DNA from: the human T2T-CHM13v2.0 reference genome, Homo sapiens
Strand: one strand, 5' to 3'
DNA: 64,000 nt
Assembly: GCF_009914755.1 (NCBI RefSeq)
Contig: NC_060928.1
Positions 28,247 through 44,464 of this stretch are shown here, one piece after another (the first letter of the stretch is position 1; each line of letters opens with the position of its first letter). The notes below the pieces were generated by a model that saw only the letters and a program-made list of their open reading frames with translations, ran no database searches and was not told the origin of the DNA. Both the position numbers and the translations under genes were made by a program.

Positions 28247-31200
28247 GAGATTTGTTTTATGGGCCAGAATTTGGTCTATCATGCCTAATATTCTGGGTGC
28301 AGTTGAAAATAATATTTATACTGCAGTTAATGAGTAGAGTGATCTATAAATGTCATTTAGGCTAGGCTGGCTGATGGTATTGTTCAAATCTATATTTACA
28401 CTAATTGTTTATTTGCTTTATCAGTTATTGAGATGACAGTGTTGAAATCTCTATCACTGTCGATTTTCTATTTCTTCTTGCAGATCTATAAGTTTTCTTC
28501 TCATGTATTTTGGGTTTCTGTTATTGGGTGTATAAATATTTATGATCAGTGCATCTTTTGATGAATTGACCTCTTTGCTACCTGGTAATATATTTTTCTT
28601 ACTCTATTTTGTCTGATGTTAATATAGTCACTCTAATTTTGTTTAATTATTGTTAGCCTGCATCTTTTCCATACTTTATTTTTAACTTATTTGCATCATT
28701 ATAGAGTGAATTCAGTGGAGGCATCATCTAGTTGAGTTCTAATTATTTATCCAATTTGATAATCTCTGTCTTTTAGTTGGGGTAAAAATAGACATATAAT
28801 ATGTTTATTGATATGGGTGAGTTCAAATACACCATCTTGATATATACTTTACATTTGTTATATCTACTCTTTATTTCCTTTTTTCAATTGCTTATATTCT
28901 TTAGTATAAATATACATTTTCTTTAGAATATAGAATATAAAAGTCATAAAATGGAATTTGAAGATTCTATTTTACTTTCTTTTTAACTTCTAGGAGTTAA
29001 GCTCTTTGTTATGTTATTGTAGGCATCACTTTAGAGTTTATTGTATGTATTTTTTACTTATCATAATCTACATGCACATGATATTCTTTCATATATAAAA
29101 TTATAACCCAATGACAGTATAATTATTTTTATCTTCTGATTTTTGTGCTATTATTATCATACATTTTAGTTCTATATATGTTATAAATGCTACATTTCAA
29201 CATTTGCTTTACCCAATGAATTATGTTTTAAAGATATTACATTTGCTTTACACAATGAATTATGTTTTAAAGATATTTAAATAATAAGAAAATTCCTTCA
29301 TATTTATCGTTCTAATTACTATTTCCCTGCTCTTTTGGGTAGAACCAGATTTCTCTCTGTTATCATTTTACTTTTATTTAAAATATTTCTTTTAATATTT
29401 ATTGTAGTGATGATCTATCAGTAATGAATTATTTCTGCTTCTTTTTATTTTGGAAACATCTTCATTTCACCTTCAGTTTAGAAAGACAATGTTTCCATGA
29501 CTTAAAATTCTAGGGGAATGTATATATAAGTACACAGACATACAAACATTTTGGTGCATTAAAGATAATATTCCAACTTGTCTTGTAACTTGCATTATTT
29601 CTGATGAGAAATCTGTCACCCTTTTCTTCTTTCCTCTGTATGCAGTATGTCTTTCACTAACTCCTTTACATCTTTCCTTTTTATTATTGATATTAGGCAA
29701 TTTACTCTGATATGCCTTGTATACTGTACTTTATGATTTTTGAAGTTGGGTTCATTGAGTTTCTTAGATTTGTCAATTTACAGTTTTCAACATATTCAGA
29801 AAATTTTGGGCCATTAATTGTAAAATATATTATTGTTGTTTCCCTCTCCTTACTTTGGAGACTCCACATATGCATATTTTGATCACTTGAAGTTTTCCAT
29901 TATCTTTTCAGGTATTCGTCTCCCTCGGTTTCATTTAGAGGGTGTCTTTTGCTATGTCTTCAACTCTGTAATATTTTTTTCTGCAACATCTAATCTGGAG
30001 TTAATCCTATCCACTGAATTTTTCATTTTAGACTCATAGATTTTTTCTAGAGAGGTTCAGTTTGGGTCCTTTAAAAGAATCTCTGCCATATCACTTCTTA
30101 ACATGTTTACTCTTCCTGGCAGCTTTTTAAGTGCATGACATAGAGTTAAAATATTTTTAAATGTTCTTGCTTATTAATTAAATGTTTTGCATTATTTCTG
30201 GTTTACTTTTAATTGATCGATCTTTTTCATTATGGATTATATATATTTTTTGCTTCTTTGTTGTCACGCCTAGTAATTTTTTAACAAGTTTGAGGCATTG
30301 TGAATTTTACCTTAATGAATGCTGAGTATTTATGTTTTGTAAAATAATACTGAGCTTTGTTCTGTGACAATTGAGTGACTTGGAATAAGTTTAATTGTTT
30401 TGGGTCTTGGTTTTAGGCTTCCTTAGGGAAGACCAGGGGCTATTTAATTTTTTCCACATTCCTGAAGCAAGACCCTTCTTAGTACTCTGACTGGTGACGT
30501 GAATTACGAGTAACTCTGCTCCTGCTATGGAGAAGAGCCACTATTCTTGGCCTGTTGTGATCTCTAGGCACTATTTTCTCTAATATATGTGGGTGGTTCT
30601 TTCTGGCCTTGAGGAGTTTCTTCACACATGTGTGCTTATCAGTACTCAAAATGAACACCATCTACAGATGCATGCTGGGAATAGGCTACCCCTGGACAGC
30701 TGGCTCAGACAGCCCAGCCGCAGAGTTCCTCTGAAGATACTTGGAGTCTGTTCTTCCTGCAGTTCTCTTCCCTCTCGCACTCTTCTGTGAACTCCAGCCA
30801 CCTTGCCCCCTACACTTCCAGTTCCACCTCCTCAACTCTGAGAGGCTGGCCTCTGTGTGAGTTGCCACTGTCTGCACTATGTCCTGGAAACTTTCTGCAG
30901 TCAGTAAACTGGAGTTCACTTCAGTTGTTTCCCATTTTTCAGGAATAACTGGTTTTTGTTCCCTCATGTCATGTGACTTGTGAGCTGTTTTCTTGTAATT
31001 CACCTAGTTTTCTAATCTTTTAAGGCCCCAGAAGGTAAATCTGATTGCTTTTTCTCCATCTTGGCCAGATTTGAGCATCAACTATAAGGCGCATTTTTAA
31101 TAGGTTATTGTGAAGAGTCAACAAAAGTGTTGGCCACTCTGAAGATTCAAGAATGTTAAATAACACAATAAATACTCACTCATAATATTTTCAGATATTA

Positions 31201-32685
31201 GCAACTAAAGAAACAGGACTAGAAACAAAAGAAATTCTAAGTGGTGAGGAGAGCTATAGTGGGAAAGCAATATAATGAATTATGAAAAAAAATAAGTTTT
31301 GGAAACACAGCAAGACTTAAGAAGACAGGATGACTGGAAGCAACAAGGAAAGGTTGTAAAATTAACTGACTAAGAAGGAGACACTGGCATTCCCAGGAGG
31401 CAGAGTTAGGGCTTTCCCTCCACACATATGGAGGTGGAAGCCTTAGCATGGTTAGTTGGTTTCCACTAGCATATTTGGTCCTTTCTTATTCTTTATTGGC
31501 ATTCTTCCACTGCTTCCAGATGCACGCTGGGAATCAGGCTACCACTGGACAGCTGGCTCAGACAGCTGCAGCCATAGTTAACAAGTAGCTGAAGCAAGGA
31601 ATTGTTTACATTTTCGCAGTCGTTTTCCCTTTCCTGCTGATGTGACTGTTAAATGTTGTGGGGGCACATTCACTTCATTGGGTACATTGATAATTATACA
31701 TATATTTAGAAAAATAATATACATATTATTTATACATATTATATATGCAAAGCAAAAGCATATACATAAAATAAAAAGATGACTATATGTATATGTGTAT
31801 ATATCAAAAGAATTACTTGTCTATTATCAGTTTTGCCCTGCTTTCACCAATGTACCATCTCATGAAGACATTTTAGTTCCTGAGTGAATCAGATTGATTC
31901 TTTCAATGTAATAATATAATTTATAATTTAATAGTTAATATTATAGTCATGAATTTATTTATACCACAAATATTCATTAGGGATCTATTTTTTGATGTTT
32001 TAATTATTACCAACTTTTTAAGAGTCCAGAGTTTGATAATTTAAAGTATAATTAGTGCTGACACTCTTTTTCTGTCTTTATAGCAGCTGTTAGTCAGTTC
32101 AAAGAAAAAAAATTATTGTCTAAAAAGAATAATATAGTTGATTGTATTTTGCTTCATGTTAAAAAGACAGGAAAGATATTTCTGTCTGAAATTACATCTA
32201 TTATCAGAATGACTGATCAGGAAACAAGGGGGATTTTTCATCACTTCTAAAGTAAGATGAAGGCAGTACTTACTTAGAAAAATATTAAATATACATATGG
32301 TTACAATAATTATATGGTGTCAGAAATGTATTCACTTTTGTAGGAAAGAGTCTTTTAATTTTAAAATTATATTTCCCATATTCAGTGTTTTGTCTATTCT
32401 AGCTTCCCTGGATCCACACATTTGATACCATAAGTTTCCATGTGTTTATCCAAGCCATACATACAATGAATACAGCATGATGTAAATGTTGCATGTGAAT
32501 CAACAATAAGATAATGACTAAATCTTAATTTGCACTATATCTATTTCCTCAGCTTCTTCCTATTATTGTCCATTGTCTACAAACACTTCTAATTTCAGAT
32601 CCAACTAGATATATCAAGATTATATGACCTATTTTCTCAGACTTATGCCTGGAGAACTCAGTGATTTGTACAATTTCTGAAAGAG

Positions 32686-32884
32686 CCAATGGTGTGCTGG
32701 TAAATTGGCATGCCATGAGGAAAAGACAAGACTGATTTGCCTCATCTGTTGGTCTCCATGGCGTAAATACTGCCACTGAGGTTGATTTCAAGCTACCTGC
32801 TTGTTAGTTACCATACCGCAAATTTCCTGAATATTTATTTACTGGCTCTCATTAATCAGTATAAGCTGGCTTTAGCATGCCACC
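32686..32884 (-). mobile_element. MER63-like hAT DNA transposon relic
   Basis: Terminal TGGTGTGCTGGTAAA / TTAGCATGCCAC, internal GGCGTAAATACTGCCAC...GATTTCAAGCTACC. Confidence 0.55.
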
Positions 32885-33251
32885 TATTCATTGTTAGTAG
32901 AATTTGGCCAAAAAACCATCAGATCTTCTTGTAAAATCTTATTAAATACTTACTGGAAATCTTAGATATATACTGACTATCATGATCTACTAATCAGCCA
33001 CTAGCTTTTCTCAAGATGAATATAATCACCTCTACCATACATATCTTCTCCCTGAGAAATCTGCTTCACACATACTTTCAGTTTCTTCAATCTCTTTTGT
33101 TTTTTTCAGCAGATCATTTATGTTTTTTAAAGTTTCACCTAGGGTCTTCTAAATTAGAGTGATCAATTTTGAGTTTCCTTGCTAGTTAAATTTTATTTTT
33201 AAAGAGTCAGACTTTTGAGTGGCATTAAACTTAACATTAAAAAGACAATCT

Positions 33252-33478
<227 letters not shown>

Positions 33479-35284
33479 TCAATTGAGGCATTAAATAACA
33501 ATTTTATTATTTAGGCATAAACCCGGGATGTGGAAATGTGTTCTCAATTAAACATCAAATTCTAATTTGATCTGAAAAAGTGATGCCCCAAACTAAATAT
33601 TAAAATAAATTTAATAATAGAGTTTTATTTAGTTTTCAAATAATATTATCTTCTACAGTTATTCAGATAGAGCACAAAACATAAGTTTAATAAATTTAAG
33701 TGTAATCATTGTTCAATAATGTCTTCTGTAACTTAAGATTTTTTTCAACTTTCTACCTTGGCGTAGATACAATAATTGAGGCTACAGCAATGATTTTGGC
33801 CCTTTATGAGAGATTTCATTAAGCCCTAGTTAGATAAGTGATCTGAACACAAAGTTCAATCTTGTATCTCATGCTTATGAAAAACCTTTTAATATTTTGG
33901 GGAAGCAGCAGAACATAGCGGAAAGAAGTCACAATCTATTGTCAGAAAAAAACATGAGTTCAAATTCTATCTCTGCAATTCTATAACTTTCTCATAAACT
34001 CACTGAAAATCATTTTCTCCTTGGGTCAAGAAGAATAAATAGATATAATGTTTTTAAAGAAAATGGCAGATACAGATATTTTATGTGTTTTTGGCTTTCT
34101 GTATCTCCTAAATGTTTGGTGAAAATCTTTTCAATCTAGCCATATTAAAGGGAAAGATCCAGATAGGCCCACCCTCAAAGCAAAACACCACCAGAACCCA
34201 AAGAAGCTCTGGCTGCTACCATGAGTGGTGAAGATAAAATTATTATTATTTATAATATTTTCAAATGTTCGTGTCTCTGCTGAATTTCATTAGATGATTA
34301 CAAGGGAGAGCAATATTCTGTTCTCTGGTTCTCTCAATGCATCCATCTAAGCTGTGTTGTACATCAAATTGGTGAGAATCTTTTTCATCTTCTACTGTAT
34401 TAAAGTTAGTTTCTTTAAGTAGCAAAGCATAATTCCCATACTTTCTGCATGGCTTTCACATAATTACCTGAAGTAGCTTTTTTTTTCTTATACATATTAT
34501 GGTGTTGACTCCTAGGAGCCTAAGACACAAGTCTAGAGAAAAGTGGAGATCAGAGGAAAGGTCCAGAGAACAATATAAAGCACACAAATTCACCCTCCAC
34601 TTAAAGAATATCTTTTGAGTATCTAGACTCTGAGACCTGGGTTGTTGTTAGGATTACGTAAGAAAATAAAGCAATATAGATGCTAATTACTTCCATTCAA
34701 AGAAAGAATGAAACACCTAGGTGCCAGGAATGAATAGAGAAATCAAATCCAGAGATTAAGAAAAGAAAATAAGTAATAAGAAAAGCCCAAGCTGCTTTGG
34801 TGTTCTGTAGTTTTGAAAAAGGCACATGGCTTTGAGGCTTAGAAATTACAGTTAAATACTCAAAGATAAAAGGTTTGCCATCAGAGCTTGAAAAAGTAAA
34901 AGGACTGAACCTGAGCCTCTGAATAAAACCTGGATTTGATAAAGTCTAATTTATATATAATATATATTTAAGAAACATAGAAAAACAGCAAATATAATTT
35001 CTCTCTAGCATATAACATAGGCAACAAAAACAAAAATTGAAATAAAAAATACTGGGCACCCTCACACCATGTTGTGACATTCATGTTTACACTCCCTGTT
35101 GATATAGATTACTAAAGAATAGGAAACTAACACAAATAGGTCCACATGTAATTAAGGCATTTTTTTCATAATCCAGATCAAATAAGAGTCCATATAAAAA
35201 GCAGTTCTTCTTAAATAAAAGTTCACATTAAAAAATTACATCTCACAGGAGGAAATGAACCAACATGAGGAATTATCCCAAAAT

Positions 35285-35488
35285 AGTGGTTGGGACTATG
35301 CTAATGCCCGTGGCCCAAATGTGGCCTGAGGATTATTTTTGTAAAGATGTTAATTAGCAATGGTTCTTAAACTTTTAAAGAGTTCTAAAATAAAAACCAA
35401 AGTATATAAAAAAGAGAGAATATGTGATATACAACACTTAAAATATTTACTCTCTGGCATTTTCCAGAAGAAAAAATTGCTGACCCCA
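35285..35488 (+). mobile_element. MER58/MER33-like hAT-Charlie relic
   Basis: GCCCGTGGCCCAAATGTGGCCTG ... AAAATATTTACTCTCTGGCATTTTCCAGAAGAAAAAATTGCTGACCC. Confidence 0.5.
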
Positions 35489-35583
35489 ATTAATAAATAT
35501 CTATTTGATAGTCTCAGAATTTTCTGACTTCTCTGGCTGTTTTTCATTGATGCAGAAAAAGTAATTGATAAAATAAAATACTA

Positions 35584-35950
<367 letters not shown>

Positions 35951-36602
35951 TTAATTAGATAAAGAACACCTCCCAAAAACCCACAACTTATATTACATTT
36001 AATAGTGAAAGACTGAATGTTTTCCCTATAAGAAAGGGAACAAGACAAAAATTACCATGCTCATAACACTTTCAACACAATTGTGGAAGCTTTAACTAAT
36101 ATATCAAGAAAAAGAAACATTAGGTGTGTTGAAAGGAAAGAAAGAAATAAAACTGAATCTATTTTCAGATGACATGGTTGACTCCAAAAAAAAAAAAAAT
36201 CAAATGAATGTACAAAAAACCCCTGCAAACTTCCCTAACCTTATACACGAGTTTAGCAAAGATTCAGGATAGAAGGTAAACATGCAAAAATCCTAACAGC
36301 AAACATGTGGAAACGAAAATTAGAAAGATAATACCATTTACTATTGCACAAAATAGGAAATATTTAGGTGTAAATTTAACAAAATATATACAGAAGTTGA
36401 ATGCTGAAAGCTATATGATGCCAAAGAAAAAATTCAGAAAGATCTAAGAAATGGAAAGACATACCATGTTATTGGATTGGAAGAGTCAACATAATCAAGA
36501 TATGAATTCTCCACAAATTGAAGTATAGGATTAATACAATTCCTATAAAAAATCCCAACAAGATTTTCTCTAGAATAACTAAGGTTATATTAAAATTTAC
36601 AT

Positions 36603-36823
36603 GGAGGGAAAGTAGAAAGGAAGGGTAGAAAGGAAGGAAGAAAGATGGGAGGGAGGGAGGAAGGAAAGGAAGGAAGGAAGGAAGAAAAGAGAGAAAGAAA
36701 GAAAGAGAAAGAGAAAGGAAGAGAGAAAGAAAGAAAGAGAGAGAAAGGAAGAAAGAAAGAAAAGAAGGAAAGAAAGAAAGAGAAGAAAGAAAGAAAGAAA
36801 AGAAAGAAAGAAAGAAAGAGAAA

Positions 36824-36907
<84 letters not shown>

Positions 36908-36928
36908 GAGAAAGAAGAAAGAAAGAGA
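36603..36928 (+). repeat. Polypurine (GGAA/GAAA)n compound microsatellite
   Basis: About 325 nt almost purely purine, with about 20 perfect GAAA units near 36825-36905. Confidence 0.97.
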
Positions 36929-37181
<253 letters not shown>

Positions 37182-37529
37182 GAACAAAAGAACACTGGCT
37201 GAACTAACTCTTTCACCTTACACAAAGTTAACTCAAATGAATTATGGAGTCGGTGTAAAATGTAAAACTATAACCTTTAGAAAATCAGAGAAAATCCTCA
37301 AGATTTAGGGCTACACATGGGTTATTAGACTTTACACAAAAGCGTGATCCATAAAATAAAAAATTGGCAAATTAGACTTCATCAAAATTAAAAAATTTTC
37401 TATGTAAAAACTGTATTAAGGAAATGAAAGGGCAAACTATGAAGTATGAGAAAATATTTGCAAATATTATATTTGACAAATGAGTAATATGAAGTACATT
37501 TGAAATGCTCTCAAAACTCAGCAGTAAGG

Positions 37530-37830
<301 letters not shown>

Positions 37831-40800
37831 AAAACTCAACAATAGGAAGACAATATGATTACAAAAGACATGAAGAGACATTTCAATGAAGAGAATATAC
37901 TGATGCAAATAAACATATGAAAACATATTCAACATCATTGGCCATTAGGAAAATGCAAATTAAAACAATAATAAAGTACCAAACACACCCATTAGAATGG
38001 CTTAAATAACAAGTAGTGATCACGTCAAATACTGGCAAGGATGTAGATAACTCTGAGTGCTTATACATTGCTGGTGGCTATGAAATATGGCACAGCCATT
38101 CTGGAAAACAGTTTGGCAGTTTCTTAAGAAAACTAAACACTGGGACCTAGTAACTGCACTGCTAGGCTTTCATTCCCCCTAAATGATTCATTGTCATGCA
38201 AAAACCTGGGAGCTCGGAGGTTTATAGCAACTCTATTTGTAATAACCCAAATCCGGTAACAAGCTAGGTATCCTTCATTGGAGGAATAGTTAAGCTGTGG
38301 CATATCCATACCATGAAATACTATTCAGTAATAAAAGGGTGCACATTATTAATGTCTTCAAGAATCTGGATAAATAAGGGAATTATGCTGAGTGAAAAAA
38401 GCCAGTCTGAGGATTTTATGTTATGTGATTCCATGTATGCAGTTTTCTCGTTAGTGGTTGCACATAGTTAAGTAAGGGATGAGGCAGGAGGATAATGGGT
38501 GTGACCATATTAAAGGGCCACATGAAGGAGTCTGATGGTAATGAAACATTTCTCTATCTTGACTGTGTCAATGTCAATAGTCTGATTGTGATATTGTGCT
38601 CTAGTTTTCAAGCTATTATCATTGGGGAAAACTGGATAAAAATATTATTTCTTACAACTTCATGGGAATCTATAGTCTCAAAATAAAAAGTTCAGTAAAA
38701 CAAGGTAAATAATTCACTGTAAGTTGCTTTCTTACAATCACGGAAAAAGGAAAGTTAATAAATGTCGAACTAAAAAAAGACTGACAGTTGAGAAAGATAT
38801 ATGTAAGTAGATATTTGCTTTTAATCATAAAGGCAGTTCAGAGGGAACCTAGGCTGTATCAAAGAGGCCGAGAAAACAGGAAAAAAAAGGCACAGTATCT
38901 TTTTGATGTACAGAAAGAAAGCTAATAAAGCCTATGAAATGTTGGAGGGCTGGTATGTTCCTTAAAAAAGTAAATGCAACAAGTGGACAGCTACTTTTGT
39001 GAATAATTTGAGACCAGTGTAGTTTCATTTAGGACTTGGATGAAGATGACCTCACAAGAATCTCTTTAGTTCTATGAGTTTTATGTGCAATAGCTTTCAG
39101 TTTTGCTATAGAAAATAAAAAATGGCTAATATAATTACTCTTGGAACAATACCAAGTAGCATTTCAGTGACAAAAACTAATGATGATTTTTGAAAGGTCT
39201 GACATGAAATACAAAAGAAGGGCTTAAATCCATAATCATAAATGGGACATTGAAATATAAAATACATAATAGCCCGTTTTCCAGAAAAAGATTACTACTC
39301 TCAAGATTTCCTGTAAACTACTCAGTTTTACTGACAATCCAATTCAATAAATATTTTTAAAATTCTGACTATGTTTTAGAGCTTTTTGCTAGATGCTGTA
39401 GTGTAGTGAATATAAAAATAATGAATAAAAGTATCTGTCTTTATGCCCAAGGATGTTACCACATATAAATAACTCATTATAAAAGAAGATAGAAGAAAAT
39501 AAATACCTAATGCTGATTAGAAAGACAATGTGCTCTATAAAGACGAATACTAAGCAACACATTTTTATTATTCTCTCATTCTCCTACTTCTGAGAAAATT
39601 CCTTCAATAAATCACTTTTATGAGAATCTTGGTCTCTGCTTTTAAGGAACAAGAGAAATGTATTGTGTATTCTAAAAATGCCAAGTACACTTAGGGTTGA
39701 AGAACATGCTGTGTGTAATGTATATTGATAGGTAAACTTGGGAAGGTAGGTTATATTTAAGCCACAACTTATTTGAAGTTCATACAAAGGATTTGGGACA
39801 TATTTTTATAAGCACTTTTTTTATGAAGCAGGTGCTTTCAAGTCACCAATACTTGATAAAAATATAAGAGGTGTATGAATGATGGAATCAAAAGGAGAGA
39901 AATTGTGGGCAATGTGATCAATTAGAGAATCCATTTAGGTGGCATCAGTGGAGGAAATAAAGCTGACAGATTTCATAAAAAATTATTGGGTTATAGCAGC
40001 TAAATTTAAAATCAGGCTTGAAAATGAAGGAGTCTATGATACTGGGTGGAAGGTATTGTCTTCAGCTGAGATAATAAGTTGGGGGAAATATTGAATTCTG
40101 ATTTGTATACATTTTGATGAGTGGGAAGAAGGCTGTCAAGTCTATTTATAGATGTAAGTACAGAAACCATCAAAATTAGAGGAAATTTACAACTATAGAA
40201 TGGATGGGACTGCCACCACAGAAGTGCTCAGTGAGAAAGCCACTTTGATGAAATTTAATAAATTCATGAGAAAAAAAAACTGATTGAAAGAAGGTAGAAA
40301 ATTGAGTATATAGCAAATGAGAAAGTTTAAAGAATAAAGGTGCTATCTGGTATTGTATAAAGTGGTTTACAAACAGAAAAAGCTGTTGTATTTAACAGGA
40401 CATCATTAGTGATTTTTGATGATAATTTTATGGGTAATAATAGGTAAGAAATGTTTTAATGATGTTAAATAGTGAATTTAGGCTTTCTAAAAAAAAAGTT
40501 GGCAATGAAAACAAAGATGATAAAGCATTGGAATGGAAAAGAATAGAAAATTGTAAACCTTCTGTGACTTAAACATATTTGTTAGAAATAACCAGTGAAG
40601 ATAACTTATATCATCAAAATAACCTCCTCATGTTTTTAAATCATCTATTAATAAAATAATGAAATTATATTTACTTTTTAAAGTGCCACAAATCTAAGGA
40701 TATTTGCATCTGTAGGAGATGAACAATTTTAATTTTAAATGCGTGTGTTATCAGGGAGTTTGCAATATCTGGCTACAATTTTTATTTCCAGATGAAACTA

Positions 40801-41199
40801 GAGACAAGATGAATATTGCAACAGCAAAAATATCTTACCAAATTCCTTTCTACAAACGATCACTATGATTTTTTTTCTCAGATTGGGATGATGCATACAC
40901 ATATGAATGGTTTTCTTTCTGTTCTCCATATGGATATTATTATTATTGATTTCTTTTGACTTTAGCTAATTGAATATCTCTCTCAAATTGAAGGGAAGCA
41001 GAAGTGATATCTAAAATCAAAATCAAAGGGTTTTTTTCACCAACAAATAAATTTGAAGTAAGTCCACATGTCTCCTATCCATTCCTCTATAAAAACAGTT
41101 ATTTTGTTTTACATCTATCATTCACTTTATGTAATTGATCATTTCATTTTACTGATATGTTCCCAAAATGTAAATCATGATGTTTTACTACTCTAAACT

Positions 41200-41730
41200 C
41201 TTCAATGACTTTTTGTTACATTTTGAATGAAAATCTCAAATCCTAACTGCAGCCTACAAATTCATATAGCCTCTCCACCTTTTAAGCATCATCTCCTGCC
41301 AACCCAACAATCACCACTTCTGCCACTCCAACACCACATTTCAGACCCAGAATCCTTCTTACTGCCCTGTAACATGCCAAGTTCTTCCCCATTTCGGGGA
41401 CTTCAACAGGCTGTATCCACTGCCTGAAACATTTCTTCTATCTACTTACTATTCAACTGAGTTATAGCCCTCGGGAGTCAGCTAAATGCTACTTCTTCAA
41501 AGAAGCCTCTCAATTTAATGTAGTTCCCCTCTAATTCTCTCTCATAAAACCCTAATTTCTCTTAGCACATTTTTATACTGTCCAAATGTATGTTTATTTC
41601 TTGGTTATCTGATGTATATTTCTTCCACCTTTGTACAATAGAGAATAAAGCAATTATATCATTATATTCTCAGTGCATATCACAGGGCTGAATACATAGA
41701 AGACAATAAAACATATTTGTGAAATAAGTG
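41200..41730 (+). mobile_element. L2 3' fragment
   Basis: CTTCTTCAAAGAAGCCT, CACAGGGCTGAATACATAG...AAACATATTTGTGAAATAA. Confidence 0.55.
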
Positions 41731-42393
41731 GATCCTGACAGCAAGGGTCTTAAGTAGAATCAGTATTACCCTAAAATATTAAATGCAGCTTTATATCTGT
41801 ATCTACATTTATGTTTACACACACATATCTCTCATATCTCTCTATCTATGTATCTATCATCCATCTATCATCTCTCTCGGTATGTGTGTGTGTTTGTGTG
41901 TGTGTGTTTGTCTGTGTGTATGTGTGTAAGTATCACAAGAACTGTATACAAAGGAAACAAAGCAAAGCAATGCACCTTTGCTAAAGTTGTAATGCTTACT
42001 CCTCTGTCAGGAGAGGTAGCTTATGGTAACAAACAGGGTGCTGTTCCAAAGGTGGTGTGAGTTGGGAAGGTTAGTAAAAATCTGGACTTACTACAACATT
42101 TCTATTCTACCAGAGAGAAAAATATTTTTTCAAAAGGAAATCACTAAAGAATCCAGTAAGGAAGAGGGTAGTAGAAAAGGTTAAAGCACCAGTGGATGAA
42201 GATAAGAAATGTTTTGTGATTGGGGTTAAACACATGCTGATTGTATTCTGTGGAATACTGTTGTGAAAGTATAGGGCACTTACCTGCTCATGGTCAGAAT
42301 GGTCCATCAAAGAATTATGAAGCTTGACAAACAAATATGTTAAGACAATGGGATATTGCACAGTTTGGAAACACTTCACTGAATAATCAAAGT

Positions 42394-42710
<317 letters not shown>

Positions 42711-44464
42711 TTAAAAAGAAATACAGAATACTAATACAAATTCAAGGTGATATGTTCAAACTGACCTGAACTAAATAATTCAAACAAAAAAAGAAATTTC
42801 TAGTTTTATACCTGCCTTAGTTATATGTGGTTAGTCTCAATCACTTTATGCCTTAGTTTTCTCACCTACCAAAAGTAAAATAATTTTAAAATTCCAATTG
42901 TATCGTAAACACAAAGCATTGTTGGAAATGTTGAGGTATTGATATTGTTCGTATTTATAGCCTTCCTTAGGAAGAGAAATGAAGAAGAATGGTTCTCAGA
43001 GTGACATAATAACTGAAACAATGCAGAACAGTGTTTGTAAAACCACTAAGGAGCTATATGTGAAAAATTTTTTTGAAAAGAGAGAGAAGTAGTACCCTTA
43101 CAGAACTAGAAAACCAATTCTCACAGACCAAAAAAAAAATGGTAAGAGAGGGAAAACAGAAGGCAAATGGTAAAATGACTTAAAAATTATATTAACAAGA
43201 ATTATTATAAACTTACTATGTACTAGGCAGTGTCTTGCTGGCTAGGACAAGCACCCTTGCTCTTGAGGAGCTTACATTTCTCTGTAGAGATAGGCATAAG
43301 AAAATTAAATTAAAAGTTGATGCCTGCAAAGACAGTATATCATGTGTGTATAATATATAGATATATTAAGTGGAATGAGATTCTGCCTCTATAGAGGTGT
43401 TACAAGAGAGTTTGGGGAAAAAGGGTCATCTTGATTTTGCTTTTGACAACAGCAATTTTTGAGAAAACTAATGGTGCAGAGCCATGGGCAACTGTATAAA
43501 GAAATGATGTGATGTGTGAAGGAAAACAGGAGAATTTGTGCCTCCAGGGTGCTGTTTCTTAGATTCAAAACTTATGCAACTATCAATAGTCTACTGCTTC
43601 ATATAGAAACCTCAAAACTTATTTGCACTCAAAACACACAACTGATGCTTATTTGTTGTTAAGTTTGAGCAGTTTGAGATTATCTTTCTGTGCATTATGT
43701 GTACATCACATAGTTTAGTAGAAATAGGCTATTTCAAATATACCTATTTGAAAGACTCATTATGTAGACAGAGTTGGATATCTGTTGTTTCCCCAGAAGA
43801 TCACAAATAAGGAAGTGAAAAGCACAGGTAGATTTTAAGTTTATATTATACCATCAATGCAGTACTACAATGATATTTGTAAGATTTATCTTCTGAGGAT
43901 AACTTTAAGAAAAGGAGAGATAAGTTTTCTCTCTGGGCGTAAGTCCTAGCTGGAGGTTAGATTAAAAAAAAAAGATTGCCTATAAATGGAGAAACTGTTA
44001 GAAACAAATATGGCATTATGTACACCTAATATATAATTATAATAACGATTGTGACTACAATTAGTTGTCCTTAAGTCAGTTTTTAATATCATGTACTTTA
44101 TCAAGGTAGTCAGAACTAAGAATCTGCTGGTTTAAATGCAGGCTAAATTCCTAATTAGCTAGAAAATCTTTTCTTCACCAGAGCTCTAATTCTTGTACTA
44201 TAATTAGATTTAAATGTGTAGTATTGATTTGGTAGTAATTAAATCTGTGTAAATGTTACGCTGCTTATATTTGGAAACAGATTGAGACAAAAGAGTTGAA
44301 AGCTAATTACTTTCTAGAAAGGATTCTAAATAAATTAAGATGAAGTCGATTATGGTACAAAACAAGAGTGGATGTAAAAACTTACTAATTTTTAGAAAAG
44401 AAAAATTCTTAAATCAGAGAAGACAAAAAATCATGTTTCTAATTACTTGGCTTTAAAAAATATT

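Larger units (their letters stand above)
25295..31060 (-). mobile_element. Old L1M element (ORF2 through ORF1 to 5' region), split by the EIF3A retrocopy
   Basis: Degenerate T-rich antisense L1 sequence on both sides of 26371-28246 that joins at GAGATTTGTT(TTATGG). Confidence 0.7.

Noticed and set aside
27951-28337. Listed ORFs over the retrocopy
   Set aside because: Wrong-frame or antisense readings of the EIF3A remnant.
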